This document shows, piece by piece, positions 8,229-18,380 of a stretch of 45,379 bases of DNA. Numbering within the stretch: position 1 is the stretch's first letter; each line of letters begins with the position of its first letter. The stretch is from a virus (taxonomy: Duplodnaviria; Caudoviricetes). Both the position numbers and the translations under genes were made by a program. The stretch lies in the IMG/VR virus record IMGVR_UViG_3300037657_000258, positions 1-45,379 of that record; one strand, 5' to 3'. The notes beneath the pieces were generated by a model. The model searched no databases. It saw nothing but the letters and a program-made list of their open reading frames with translations, and was not told the origin of the DNA.

Positions 8229-11200
8229 TCAGCCAGCGTGGGAAGACACGTCAACAGACCCCAGGTTGACGCCATCCACCCAAAGGGTCATCTCGCCGTC
8301 CCGGTCCACGGTAACCGCCGCCGTGTGAGGCTCGGTGTCGTCAATCACCACACCGGCCAGGGTGTTTGAATTGGCCGTAACGGTTGGATTCACGCCGGAC
8401 ACATAGGCCAGGCCGAATGAGAACCGAAGCGCGTGGACCGTATCCAATTGCAGAAAATAAACGTTATAATCCGTCCCGCTCGCGCCGCCGGTACTATCCC
8501 TATGGTGGATCAATTGTTCATTTGCGGCTGTAACCGAAGATCGCCTAAACTTAATCCAAAACGACATATCGGACGTTCCCGGGCCGCGCATATAATACTT
8601 TCTCAAGTAAGCTTGGTTGGCAACAGAGCATGGGAATCCGACTTTTTGCAGACCGTGATTGACCACCCAGGCCGGGGCCGCCGTGCCGTAAACATAAACA
8701 TGGTTATAAGGTGCGGCGCCGTAGCCGCCTTTGTCCGTCACTTGACGGGTGTCATTAAACCGATACCAGGCAAACAGATCGTCCATGGCCACGTCGGAGC
8801 CGGCAGACCATTGATAGGCTTCCGTGTCGGTCAGCCCCCGGGTCCAAATCCGGCAATCGTCAAGCTCGCCGTCAAAACATAGGTCAGACTGATAATAGGC
8901 CCCAAGAACCGTTTTCAGTCCGGCCAGGTTAAAGCTGGTCACATAGGCCGCGTCAATAACCTTCACTCCATCCAGAAACGCCTTGACCTTTGCGCCGTCG
9001 TAGCTGAACAACAATCGGTGCCAAGAAGCCGTATCCGTGAAGGCAATACTTTGGTTGACGGTGTTATTTTTCAGCCAAAACCTTAAGAGATTGCTTTGTA
9101 GGCCGAACATTATTTCGCCGTAGGTTGAAGCAAAATCCCCCATGTAAAACAGGCCGTCGTTGCCGCTCGTTACGTCCGCCTTGAATTTCAGGCCCACGGC
9201 CAAGCTCGTTACGCCGTTACCAATCGCCGTCCCAATAGCATCGTTGTATAAATGTTGGCTGGTTCCCGAAAACGGCATGTACCAGTCATTAACCCCAGGC
9301 AAGTTATCCTGCCCGCCGGTTCTGTACTGATAGGCTTGCACGGTCGCATAGGCCATAGTCATGTCATAAGTGCCGTGCATATCCTTGACCGTAAACGGTG
9401 AGCAGATATACCCCCGGGGCCGGGCCACCTTGCGGGCATAGACTTTTTGGTAAACCTCGGTTCCAATATCCACAAGCCCGAAGTCTTTATAGAGGCTGGC
9501 CGCGTTGGCGCTCTCATTCCCGGCTGTGTCCACGGCCTTGACCAGAAAAGTTTTTTGCCCGTCCGCCAGGTCCGCAATCGGAAGGCTCGACATAGCCAAA
9601 AGGCCATCGTGAGCCGGTTGGGCAATCTCCCAATTGTCCACGTCACCGTTGCAATACCGGACCACAAAGCCGTTGAAGTCCACCGGCTTCACCGGGTAGA
9701 CCCAGGATAGAATCCCGGCGTTAAGCGCCAGACCGGTAACGTCCGGGGGCAGTGTGGCCGTACCAATCACGACTTGGTTATAACGTTCGGTCCAAATGCT
9801 GGTCTTGCCCGTGGCGAACCGATACCGAAACCGCAGATCATAGGCAACGCCAACTTCCACATCCGTTATCGAAACCTGAGCGGTAAAACCCTCATCAACA
9901 CGGAACCCAAGCCAGGGGGCCGCATCGTCCGCGTCGCTCGGCCGATAGGAAACGTCCATACCAACAATCTGATCGAACCCCAGGCCCGCCTTGTAGGCAA
10001 AAGTCACCACGAAGCGGGGCAGCCATCCGCCGCCCACGGCGCGAAGCAAAACCGTCTCATCGGATAGGATCGTATCCACGATAGGCGGGGCGTAGGTTTT
10101 CAAAACCTCATAGGGCGGAGTAATACCGGACTCATAGGGCGGCATGATAATTTCGGCCGTGTGAATCTCCGGGGCCGCGTCCACAGCCTTGACCATGGCC
10201 GTCAGGTTGTCTTGAGGCTCGACTGAATGAATAATCAGTTGTGCCGTCTCGTTGCCAAGTTCCCCGAAATAGCCCATATCGCCCACGGCCGGGCTATCGG
10301 CCAACAGTTCCGGCCCCAAGAACTCAAGCTCGTTGCTCTCGCCCTCATGGGTTACCAGGTCGATCAAGACGGCCGTGCCGTCCGCCCGCCAAAACCTCAC
10401 TGCATAATCTTTATCGGCCGCCATGGGACACCAGCAATCAAGCACACAGCCGGTCACATAGTCCACGCCGCCAACGTTCACGGCGTCAATACTGGTCACC
10501 CTGCCTTGAGACACACCCCAAAGGGTGACATCGTGTCCGCACTCGATCAGGTCGCCACGCCGGGCCGCCATGTAACCAAAATCGGCATACCAGGTATAGA
10601 CTTCCGGCCGATAAATCAACGTGGCCATGTGATACACGCCATGGGACCACGCCAGGGCGGCCGTGTTGATCCCCGCCAACGGCAGTTGTTCAAACAACGT
10701 GGCCGTGTTTTCATCATAGGGCGGCCGGTAAACAATAACCTCGTCGTCTTCGTAATTCTTTTCCCGGTTGGCAAACAAGCAACGGAAAGCATGGGGCAGT
10801 TCATTAAAAACACGCTCGGCCGAAAATCCCCAGGAATTGCGCGGGCCGAAAGCACCCTTGACAACAAGGTCCGGTCTATCCTGAATCACTGAATATTTGC
10901 CGTTGTAGAACGTTAGCGCCGCACGGCCACAAGCCGCAATCTCTTTAGACAGGTCGGTTTGGCCGACGCGGTAATCCAGCGGGTTGTTATACTCCAAACC
11001 CAATGCCGTGCATCGCTCATGCCAGTTCTGAAAATCCTCCAAATGGACAACAGCGTCCGGCATTGGAATAGCCGCCGCGTTCCCCTGCCAGACCTCACGG
11101 AGACACGACGCCGGGTTATTGGTGGCCCTCAAGTGCCATGATTCACTGACACTATCCCAATCTCTCAAGATACTGGTCGCCGTCAATGACACCTGATCCA

Positions 11201-12761
11201 CGGAGCCGCTAACGGCCGTGGCCGGGACAAATAGGGCCAGCTTGGCCAGGGGCTTATTGAAGCTCGACGGTTCCCCTCCGGTCACAGTCTTAAGTGAAGT
11301 CCAATAACAATCATCAATGTATTGCGCCGTGTCCGTGTCAGGGGTGATTCTGCGAACCCGGACTGTATATTGCCCGCCGTCCACCGGGAACCGGTAAGAG
11401 CGCCGGACAGGTGTCCCCTGCTTGGCCCCCACGGTGAACGGCGCGGCCAGAGTTCCGGCCGATACGGCAATGTTTTCTTCCCCGACTACGGGAATACTTG
11501 GTGTGAAGTCTGAAAGATTTTGACGCCAGGGAGCGGTTGGCGTTCTCTCATCCCAAATCTGTTGCACCTGGGCGGGGCTTCCCTGGGCGCGGAAACGGCA
11601 TATCGGAGCGGCATAGCCTGGCACGGGCGGGGGTACAGTGGCGTTGCCAAACAAGACTTCATAGCTGCCGGCATACTTGTTCTGGACAACGCGACCCAAG
11701 TAGCCATTGGGATACATTATGCCGTGACTCCAACTGAAAACCTCAACCGTGGCCGCGTCAATGGCTTTCCACTCGGTTGAAATGCTCCAGTTTTCAGTAT
11801 TCACAGGCGCATACTGGATTTCAAAATCTACCCAAAGTTTGGAAAACGTTCCGTCGTCACCGATGAAATAAAGCCCGCTCGGGAACGTCAGGTCCACAAT
11901 GATTTCGTCACAGTTGCGCCCGGTGGTCTGATAGAAAAACGTGGCCGAATTGGTGAGCTTTAGAGATAATTGCTTATCAACGACCGCAGTCGGATAAAGC
12001 GTCAACGGGGGATCGTCTTCGTAACCGTACCGAACCTCATATTGCAGGCCCTTGATACTGTTTATATCCACATCGCCAATCAAAATATCTTCGATCTGCA
12101 AGGGGCCGTAACCGATCACGTAATAAAGCCGTATCCACTGTTGACCGTCGATCACTTCGGTATAAGGCGTTGCGCCCATCTTGGGGATAACACGGTGCCT
12201 TCCCAACGGCCGGGCGATAGGGCCATATTTGTCTATTGCATTATTACCCCCGGAAATGCTCGGACTGGCCGTGTTGTTCAAGGCAGACCCGGCATCCCCC
12301 TTAAGGTTCGCCTCTTGTGGCGGGCAGAGAGCATTTACGGCCATCATTCCGGCCATGGATATACCAACCGTCACGGCAGCCGTGGCAATTGTGGCGGCCG
12401 CTCCAGTGAGCCCCAACAGTGGAGCCGCCGCCCCGCCCGTCCAGTAAGACAGCGCCATAACAGCTATCGTCAGCAGCACCCGAAACGGGTTCTTTCCGCC
12501 CTCGCCGCCCCCGGCCGGAACGCCGCGCACAGTGACCACGGCCCCATCCCTGGGGACAACAAAATCCCATTTGTCCGCAGAGACCAGCTTGTCACCAACA
12601 AAGATTAACAGGTTAATACTTGAGCGGGCCTTGACCGGAATCCCGGCCTCTTGCAGCATTTGGGTAAGTGTCTTCCCGGCCTCGACCACCCTGTCTATCC
12701 GGGTCAGGGACATTGGAAGCGGGCAATAAATCAATTGGTGAGACTTGGGCGAATCCTGCAT
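8229..12761 (-). CDS. Tail tip/central fibre protein (gpI/gpJ-like) with FN3-like and LamG domains; apparently frameshifted at its 3' end
   Basis: VRVRRITPD, TNNPA, VKAVDTAGNES, LamG motifs WHRLLFSYDG and FDGELDDCRIW; start 12761 or 12803. Confidence 0.85.
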   Translation of the reverse strand: MQDSPKSHQLIYCPLPMSLTRIDRVVEAGKTLTQMLQEAGIPVKARSSINLLIFVGDKLVSADKWDFVVPRDGAVVTVRGVPAGGGEGGKNPFRVLLTIAVMALSYWTGGAAAPLLGLTGAAATIATAAVTVGISMAGMMAVNALCPPQEANLKGDAGSALNNTASPSISGGNNAIDKYGPIARPLGRHRVIPKMGATPYTEVIDGQQWIRLYYVIGYGPLQIEDILIGDVDINSIKGLQYEVRYGYEDDPPLTLYPTAVVDKQLSLKLTNSATFFYQTTGRNCDEIIVDLTFPSGLYFIGDDGTFSKLWVDFEIQYAPVNTENWSISTEWKAIDAATVEVFSWSHGIMYPNGYLGRVVQNKYAGSYEVLFGNATVPPPVPGYAAPICRFRAQGSPAQVQQIWDERTPTAPWRQNLSDFTPSIPVVGEENIAVSAGTLAAPFTVGAKQGTPVRRSYRFPVDGGQYTVRVRRITPDTDTAQYIDDCYWTSLKTVTGGEPSSFNKPLAKLALFVPATAVSGSVDQVSLTATSILRDWDSVSESWHLRATNNPASCLREVWQGNAAAIPMPDAVVHLEDFQNWHERCTALGLEYNNPLDYRVGQTDLSKEIAACGRAALTFYNGKYSVIQDRPDLVVKGAFGPRNSWGFSAERVFNELPHAFRCLFANREKNYEDDEVIVYRPPYDENTATLFEQLPLAGINTAALAWSHGVYHMATLIYRPEVYTWYADFGYMAARRGDLIECGHDVTLWGVSQGRVTSIDAVNVGGVDYVTGCVLDCWCPMAADKDYAVRFWRADGTAVLIDLVTHEGESNELEFLGPELLADSPAVGDMGYFGELGNETAQLIIHSVEPQDNLTAMVKAVDAAPEIHTAEIIMPPYESGITPPYEVLKTYAPPIVDTILSDETVLLRAVGGGWLPRFVVTFAYKAGLGFDQIVGMDVSYRPSDADDAAPWLGFRVDEGFTAQVSITDVEVGVAYDLRFRYRFATGKTSIWTERYNQVVIGTATLPPDVTGLALNAGILSWVYPVKPVDFNGFVVRYCNGDVDNWEIAQPAHDGLLAMSSLPIADLADGQKTFLVKAVDTAGNESANAASLYKDFGLVDIGTEVYQKVYARKVARPRGYICSPFTVKDMHGTYDMTMAYATVQAYQYRTGGQDNLPGVNDWYMPFSGTSQHLYNDAIGTAIGNGVTSLAVGLKFKADVTSGNDGLFYMGDFASTYGEIMFGLQSNLLRFWLKNNTVNQSIAFTDTASWHRLLFSYDGAKVKAFLDGVKVIDAAYVTSFNLAGLKTVLGAYYQSDLCFDGELDDCRIWTRGLTDTEAYQWSAGSDVAMDDLFAWYRFNDTRQVTDKGGYGAAPYNHVYVYGTAAPAWVVNHGLQKVGFPCSVANQAYLRKYYMRGPGTSDMSFWIKFRRSSVTAANEQLIHHRDSTGGASGTDYNVYFLQLDTVHALRFSFGLAYVSGVNPTVTANSNTLAGVVIDDTEPHTAAVTVDRDGEMTLWVDGVNLGSVDVSSHAG

Positions 12762-13164
12762 AGCGATAAAACCCCGTGAGCCGTTTTGTCCAGGCGGGGT
12801 CACGGTAGTTTTCTACTGCGACATTCCGCCCCGCTATACAGTGCAAAAAGTTCCCCCCGCCCATGGATAAGCCCGTGTGCATCGTCTCGCCAAGCACGCG
12901 GAAAACAGCGACGTCGGCCGATTGCTCCTGGCCCCGTCCAATCGGTATCCAGCGCCGGGCCTCGGCCTCAATAATCGCGGCAATCGTGGGGCCGTCTTGA
13001 ATATTTGTTCCCGAATATTCATCTTCAGCATATCGGGGTAACTCGATACATAATTGCTCCCGATAGACCAACCAAACCAGGCCCCAACAATCCAGGCCCG
13101 CCCGTGTCCGCCCCTTGGCCTTATAGGGGATGAATAGATAGGGCCTATGGTCGAAATGCGGCAT
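12613..13164 (-). CDS. NlpC/P60 tail-associated peptidase
   Basis: GLDCWGLV, HTGL, FLHC. Confidence 0.88.
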   Translation of the reverse strand: MPHFDHRPYLFIPYKAKGRTRAGLDCWGLVWLVYREQLCIELPRYAEDEYSGTNIQDGPTIAAIIEAEARRWIPIGRGQEQSADVAVFRVLGETMHTGLSMGGGNFLHCIAGRNVAVENYRDPAWTKRLTGFYRYAGFAQVSPIDLLPASNVPDPDRQGGRGREDTYPNAARGRDSGQGPLKY

Positions 13165-13637
13165 TAAAAAATCCCTGGGAAGGTTGACGGCAGGAAAGAA
13201 TCCACGGGGTAAGCATCGTTGCCCAAATACCGGACACTTATTGTCCCGGTGATAACCAGGCGGGTATATTTAGCGGACACCAATTTGAAATAGGCGTGTT
13301 CTTCTTCAACCACATCCGGTGTATCAAGTAATACAATCTGAATCTTTACTTCCGGGGGGCTGGTCAGCGCCCGAAGTGCGGCAATAATGGCCCGGTCCAC
13401 GTTGTCAATCGTGATCCTCGCGCCAATGGCTCCCTCGGCCGGGTTGCCGGGCATGGCCACGTCAAACGGGTAGCCAATATAGGTATTCCCGTTGGAGACA
13501 ATATTCTGATCGTTCCTGGCCACACGGATAGGCTCGGTCAAATCATCATGAGTAATTTCTATCAAAGGGATTATGGCCTCGCCCGTTTCCTGGGCATACA
13601 TGGCCGCCTTGAATCTCGCGGAATGTTCTACACTCAC
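13164..13637 (-). CDS. DUF1833-like minor tail protein
   Basis: ITIDNVDR motif, C-terminal FPGIF; gene order. Confidence 0.8.
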   Translation of the reverse strand: MSVEHSARFKAAMYAQETGEAIIPLIEITHDDLTEPIRVARNDQNIVSNGNTYIGYPFDVAMPGNPAEGAIGARITIDNVDRAIIAALRALTSPPEVKIQIVLLDTPDVVEEEHAYFKLVSAKYTRLVITGTISVRYLGNDAYPVDSFLPSTFPGIF

Positions 13638-14005
13638 GGCATTTTCTCCATAGCCATATCAACAAACCATTGGCGCTCCCCGTTCTCCTTGGCCTTGGCC
13701 GCCGTAACCTTGGGCGGCGCCGTAAACCGGAACTCCCCGGTTGTCCCCGTCCTGGGCGTCGGGAAGATAAAACGGATCGTACCGCCGGACAGCGTGTTCA
13801 TAAAAAAATCATCCAAAATCCCAACCTGGGTATCGTTCATGATCTGTTGGCCGGTATAGGGCCGCACGTTGCCGCTCATGGTGCGCCGGACCCGGGCCGG
13901 GCCAGCGTCCATCTGAGTGCGCTCCATCACATTAGGAAACGTTTCCGAATACCCAGCCACCAAAAACGGTTGCGGTAATGTCAGCGGCCACGTCACACTT
14001 GCCAT
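13634..14005 (-). CDS. Distal tail-like minor tail protein
   Basis: WPxTLPQP, RTQMDAGPARVRR; follows the tape measure gene. Confidence 0.75.
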   Translation of the reverse strand: MASVTWPLTLPQPFLVAGYSETFPNVMERTQMDAGPARVRRTMSGNVRPYTGQQIMNDTQVGILDDFFMNTLSGGTIRFIFPTPRTGTTGEFRFTAPPKVTAAKAKENGERQWFVDMAMEKMP

Positions 14006-14015
14006 GGGTTCCCCC

Positions 14016-16067
14016 TTACCGGTATGTCATTCGCGGCCGCAAGCCGTAGGTCTTGTTAATCGCCTGTTGCATGGCCCCGTTTCCGGTCACACTGACCGCC
14101 CCCGCTTCACCAATCAATACTTGAATATCTCGGCCGCCGGTGGAGTTCTTGCTTTCCGTCACAGTGGCCTTTTCGGATGAATTGTTTATCACGGTGACAT
14201 TGTTCCCACCGACCGAACCGGATGAAGCGCCCAAGGCTTTCGCGCTCGAACTCGGCATCGCGCCCCCGATAATATCCCCAACCGAAGCGGCCCCGCCGCT
14301 CATGCCGCCGCCACCACCAAGCAGGCTTTGAAACAGACTAAGCAGCGGGCCGGAAACGTTCGCACGGAAAACCATACGGGCCATGTCCGCAATGACCGAA
14401 TTTGCAAATTCCGTAAACTCGAATTTTCCGGTCTGACAAAAGTTCACCCAAGCATCTTCAAGCCCTTGGAAGGCGTTACCAAGCGTATCCTCAACCTGTT
14501 GACCAACATTCTTGGCTTCTTCAGCGTATTCCTTGAGCGCCCTAATGGCCCCGCTTCGCCAGTCCTCGGCGTATTGCAGACGTATCTCGGCCGTCTCTTT
14601 TTCATACAAGGCCAGAGCCAGCTTTTTATCCACCCCGGCCTTGATCCAGGCATCCCGATCCTGCTCGGCCGCCCGCAATGAGGCGGCGGCCATATTGCCG
14701 GTTGCACTGCCCCAGGCCGCCGCAAAATCCTTAAGTGTTTCCTCTTTCTCGGCCTGGATTCGCTTCGTTTCAGATGCTTCCCAAGCCATAATCATTTCAA
14801 TATCGCCGTATTTCGCCTTGTATTCCTTGACCGTTTCCCCAAGCGAATACCGCGCATAGTCGTAACTATTCAGATGAAAGCGGGCAATATCGTCCTCAAG
14901 GCCAGCCACGAAGTTAGCCAGTTCCTCAGCTTCCCGCTTGGCCCTTTCGGCCTCTGCCTTGGCGGACGATCCACCCACACCGGCGGAGCCACCCTTCCCA
15001 CGCCTGGCAACGTCGGGGTGCTGGAGCTTAACGGAGATTTTATTGCTTATTTCGTCCGGCCCGGGGCCTCGGCTCTCGCCAGTGTTCATAAGTGCTTGCA
15101 GCACAAGTCCAGGCCCCGAAAAGCCGGGCATATAGGCTAGCAGTTTCGGCCATTTTGCTAAGAACGTGGTGATTTGAGTAGTGTAATAAAGAATGTCCGA
15201 AAACATGATTGCGACGCCGCGCACGCCGTTAACAATGTTCGGGTCTTTCAAAATGTCGGTAAACTCGTTGGTGGAAGCCACCATCTGTTTCATGAAGTCG
15301 CCACGGCTGGCTTCATACCTCAAGTCTTCCAGCGCGCCCTTGAAATAGTCCACACTGGCCACGGCCGACATAGCCGCGTCAACGGCCGCTTCCCCGAACT
15401 CCTCACGAAGCGCCTTGGCGAACTTTGGTATAAATTCTTCAGGTACAAGCCGCCCCGTGGCCATCATGTCCATAAATCCCTTGGTGGTCGTATTCATGGC
15501 CCGGGCGGCAATCTGCATGGCCCCCGGCAAACGTTCACCAAGCTGTTGAACCATTTCCTCGGCGGTAACCTTGCCTTTGCTTATCATTTGCGAAAGCGCG
15601 TACAAGGCCCCGCTCATCTGGTCGCCAGTCATATTGACGGCTCGGCCAGCCTCGACTATTCCAACAAAAACCTCTTGGACATCTTGCCCCGCCAGACTGG
15701 TTCCCCGGGCCGCCGCCGCAATGTTCCTGTAACTGCCCGCAACCTCCCAAAAGTTCAATTTCAGCCGGTCACTTTCGCGCCGCAAAAAGCCCATTTCTTG
15801 CTTGGCGCTATCCATTGAACCGGTAATAGCCTTAAAGGCGTTGGTGGTGGCTTCCGCCTTCATACCCGTTTGGAATATGGCCGCGTTGAAGTCCAGGACG
15901 GCCCGGGCGGAAAAATAGGCGGCCAACGAAGCCCCGGCCCCGCCAACCGCCTTGTCCACATGACGGCGAAACTGGTCAATTTCATGGCGGGCACGGCCCA
16001 GGTCTTTTTGAACCCGGGCCATGTTCACGCCCAACTCAATCATCAAATTTCCGACATTAACCGCCAC
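14016..16067 (-). CDS. Tail tape measure protein
   Basis: ALSQMISKGKVTAEE...QLGERLPGA tape-measure domain and lambda-type C-terminal domain. Confidence 0.92.
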   Translation of the reverse strand: MAVNVGNLMIELGVNMARVQKDLGRARHEIDQFRRHVDKAVGGAGASLAAYFSARAVLDFNAAIFQTGMKAEATTNAFKAITGSMDSAKQEMGFLRRESDRLKLNFWEVAGSYRNIAAAARGTSLAGQDVQEVFVGIVEAGRAVNMTGDQMSGALYALSQMISKGKVTAEEMVQQLGERLPGAMQIAARAMNTTTKGFMDMMATGRLVPEEFIPKFAKALREEFGEAAVDAAMSAVASVDYFKGALEDLRYEASRGDFMKQMVASTNEFTDILKDPNIVNGVRGVAIMFSDILYYTTQITTFLAKWPKLLAYMPGFSGPGLVLQALMNTGESRGPGPDEISNKISVKLQHPDVARRGKGGSAGVGGSSAKAEAERAKREAEELANFVAGLEDDIARFHLNSYDYARYSLGETVKEYKAKYGDIEMIMAWEASETKRIQAEKEETLKDFAAAWGSATGNMAAASLRAAEQDRDAWIKAGVDKKLALALYEKETAEIRLQYAEDWRSGAIRALKEYAEEAKNVGQQVEDTLGNAFQGLEDAWVNFCQTGKFEFTEFANSVIADMARMVFRANVSGPLLSLFQSLLGGGGGMSGGAASVGDIIGGAMPSSSAKALGASSGSVGGNNVTVINNSSEKATVTESKNSTGGRDIQVLIGEAGAVSVTGNGAMQQAINKTYGLRPRMTYR

Positions 16068-16324
16068 TAATAACCCGCCTGCCTAAACGTCCGCATAATT
16101 TTGGCCGAAACTTCATTTGGGGTCAGTTCCCGCCGGCCACCAGTCGGGGCGGTCGGCACCTCAACACGTTCACGATCCCTGTATTCATCCCGGACAGCGT
16201 AGAAGGCCCACCACTCGCTCAGTTCCCGACTGTCAATATTTGCCAGTAAATACTTGACGGTCATTCCCAGGGTTTCGGCCAGGGCAAAGCAGAAATACCG
16301 CCAGCCCCGGCCCCTCAGTTTCCC
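16067..16324 (-). CDS. Tail assembly chaperone gpGT extension (-1 frameshift product)
   Basis: -1 frame open after GGGAAAC; LAETLGMTV...ELSEW motif. Confidence 0.75.
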   Translation of the reverse strand, partial: GKLRGRGWRYFCFALAETLGMTVKYLLANIDSRELSEWWAFYAVRDEYRDRERVEVPTAPTGGRRELTPNEVSAKIMRTFRQAGY

Positions 16325-16677
16325 TTGAGTGCTTCTTGAACCTCGGCGCCTATTCCGTTCAGGCGCTTTGCCACCTTGAAACACCGCTCAATCGCGGCAT
16401 GAGACTTCCGGCCAAGCGCCTTGACCTCATCCACCCCGGTAAACAGCCGTTCGCCGGAATCATCGACCAGGCAGAACGACAACAGGCGGGCGCGGAAGTT
16501 TTCCCAATCAAAAGCCGGGTCGTTATTTTCGACGTTGGGATAACTCACCTGGTCATACGCATCCCGCTCTGCCCCGGTCATTGTCTTGATTCTGACGACG
16601 CCGCCCCACTCGGAGACTTCCACGTCCTCATGTTTCAAATCCTCAGCAGCCAATATTTGTTCTTTGGTCAGATACAC
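16315..16677 (-). CDS. Tail assembly chaperone (gpG-like)
   Basis: VEVSEWGG, LVDDSGERLF; ends AAG GGA AAC TGA. Confidence 0.85.
   Translation of the reverse strand: MYLTKEQILAAEDLKHEDVEVSEWGGVVRIKTMTGAERDAYDQVSYPNVENNDPAFDWENFRARLLSFCLVDDSGERLFTGVDEVKALGRKSHAAIERCFKVAKRLNGIGAEVQEALKGN
16318..16324 (-). promoter_or_regulatory. Programmed -1 frameshift slippery site G GGA AAC
   Basis: XXXYYYZ heptamer immediately before the chaperone stop, as in lambda G/GT. Confidence 0.8.
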
Positions 16678-16690
16678 CTTTCACCACTCC

Positions 16691-17140
16691 TTACGCGGCA
16701 ACGCGGGCCGTCCAGGTTACCGGGCCGGAAACCCTCAAGGTTACGGAAGCCGCAATCTTGCCGTTAGCCTGGCCGTTGATTTTGAACCCCTTCACATAGG
16801 CCGCAAAAGCCAACGTGGTGGGAGATACGCCGCCATCCAGGTCGGACAACTTCAGCTTGAAATTGCGCCGGGTGCCGTTGTCCCTATCGGTTCTCAAGCC
16901 GGTTTGCGCGGTATCGCCCGGAACCAGGTTGCAGTTGATCGTGAAATTCCCCTCATCGGGCAGGCCAACCATGACCTCCACCGCATCACTCAACAGATGG
17001 GTGCACTCAATCTCGGCGGCCTCGCCCCCGGGGCCATCAAAATCAACCACCTCGCCAACCGTGGTAAAAACTTCCGTGGTCGCACCATCGCCCCGCTGGA
17101 ACTCTACCCCGTTGGTTTTCAAAGCCTGACTAAGAGCCAT
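16691..17140 (-). CDS. Major tail tube protein
   Basis: EIECTHL, GLPDEG, LRVSGPVTW. Confidence 0.85.
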   Translation of the reverse strand: MALSQALKTNGVEFQRGDGATTEVFTTVGEVVDFDGPGGEAAEIECTHLLSDAVEVMVGLPDEGNFTINCNLVPGDTAQTGLRTDRDNGTRRNFKLKLSDLDGGVSPTTLAFAAYVKGFKINGQANGKIAASVTLRVSGPVTWTARVAA

Positions 17141-17143
17141 GTC

Positions 17144-17515
17144 CTATTCCTCCGTGGTCCAAATGGAAAAATCTTGAGCAACAAAAAACATTCCAAGTGT
17201 GTCGTCGTAATCGCCCACCGGTTCATGAGGCGAAGCGCCCAACACATCCGAGGCCACAAGTGCCGCCTCAACCTTCGTTTGCAAGTCCTTCACGCTTGCG
17301 TAGGTTTCGCCTATTATTTCGACTTCAACCCGTGTGTTTCGCAGGCTGGAAACGCCCGCCAAGGTATGTTGATCTGATCCACCGGACCCCCGAAAAACCA
17401 CCAACGGATAGGCCGTTCCTTGCGGAGCCACCACGCGGAATATTCTGCTTCCCACCAACGCCGCAACGGCCGCGTCTTCTGCCAGAGCCAAATAAAAACG
17501 ATCTTCCCAGGTCAT
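17144..17515 (-). CDS. Tail completion/terminator protein (DUF3168-like)
   Basis: ALVGSRIF...APQG..YP; gene order. Confidence 0.8.
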   Translation of the reverse strand: MTWEDRFYLALAEDAAVAALVGSRIFRVVAPQGTAYPLVVFRGSGGSDQHTLAGVSSLRNTRVEVEIIGETYASVKDLQTKVEAALVASDVLGASPHEPVGDYDDTLGMFFVAQDFSIWTTEE

Positions 17516-18027
17516 ATTTTCGGCCCCTTGGGTAACCCCTTGGCCACCTTTTCAAGCTCTCGGGCAATCACCTTCCGGGATTGCTCAATGGCCGCCTGAA
17601 TGTTCTGGTCAAAGGCCCGGGTCAACCAGCGAATCGGCTTAATACCGGGATGATTCACCCGAACGCCAAACTTGGCATCTTTGCCCAGGGCCTTGTGAAC
17701 AACGCCGTCTTTTGTGCGGGATGTTTTCCGGGGAACAATCACATGGGGCTTGGTCCCAAACTCCAAAAACAGGCCATAAAACGCCGCCTTTGTGGCCCCC
17801 AATTGATAGACGACTTCCCAAGGCAAAGAGCCCTTCTTCATCTTGGCCCGGAGTTTCTTCATGAGATTGCCCCGCCGCTGTGGAACATTCCCCTTGGCGG
17901 CCTTCCGCATCACACCAATGCCGGACAACGCCCCCTTGCGAATGACCTTTTGCGCCATCTCTTGCGGTAACTTTTTAAGCGCCGCCTCAAGTTCTTTAAA
18001 GCCCGTCAAATTGACGTTATCGGACAT
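17512..18027 (-). CDS. HK97 gp10-like neck protein
   Basis: FYGLFLEFGT, HPGIKP; start MSDNV inferred. Confidence 0.82.
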   Translation of the reverse strand: MSDNVNLTGFKELEAALKKLPQEMAQKVIRKGALSGIGVMRKAAKGNVPQRRGNLMKKLRAKMKKGSLPWEVVYQLGATKAAFYGLFLEFGTKPHVIVPRKTSRTKDGVVHKALGKDAKFGVRVNHPGIKPIRWLTRAFDQNIQAAIEQSRKVIARELEKVAKGLPKGPKI

Positions 18028-18101
18028 AATCCCGTTGACTTTCCGCCACCCCATGGGGTATTTTTTTTGCAAGGGAAAACACCAAACGCAGGGGGGCCGC
18101 C

Positions 18102-18380
18102 ATGAAACGCTTATTAATTCTCACTATTGCTATTGTTTGCCTGGTAGGTTGCGCCACGAAAGAAATGTATAATCCCGTTATGCACATGCCGGTTGCGTAT
18201 CAAGATGGGTATCTCGCGGGGTGTGATTGCGGCTTTGTTGCCGCCGGGCATCCGTTTTTTAGCTTCAAAAAAGACGCTTACAGATATTTAGCAGATAGTC
18301 TCTATAAACAGGGATGGGACGATGGTTTTAATGTCTGCAAAACCCAACATGAAACCGCACGGAATGATTTAAGGCAGTAA
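18102..18380 (+). CDS. Small lipoprotein, antisense moron within the head-tail genes
   Basis: MKR plus hydrophobic stretch plus LVGC lipobox; GGGGG RBS; YQDGY/YKQGWDDG repeats. Confidence 0.8.
   Translation: MKRLLILTIAIVCLVGCATKEMYNPVMHMPVAYQDGYLAGCDCGFVAAGHPFFSFKKDAYRYLADSLYKQGWDDGFNVCKTQHETARNDLRQ

Noticed and set aside
6374-12803. Diversity-generating retroelement or invertible tail-fibre cassette
   Set aside because: No reverse transcriptase, invertase or template/variable repeat pair was seen.
12613-12803. Long overlap of the NlpC/P60 and tail tip ORFs as a special feature
   Set aside because: Explained by an uncertain start (12761 likely) and a non-conserved-looking C-terminal run-on after GFYRYAG.
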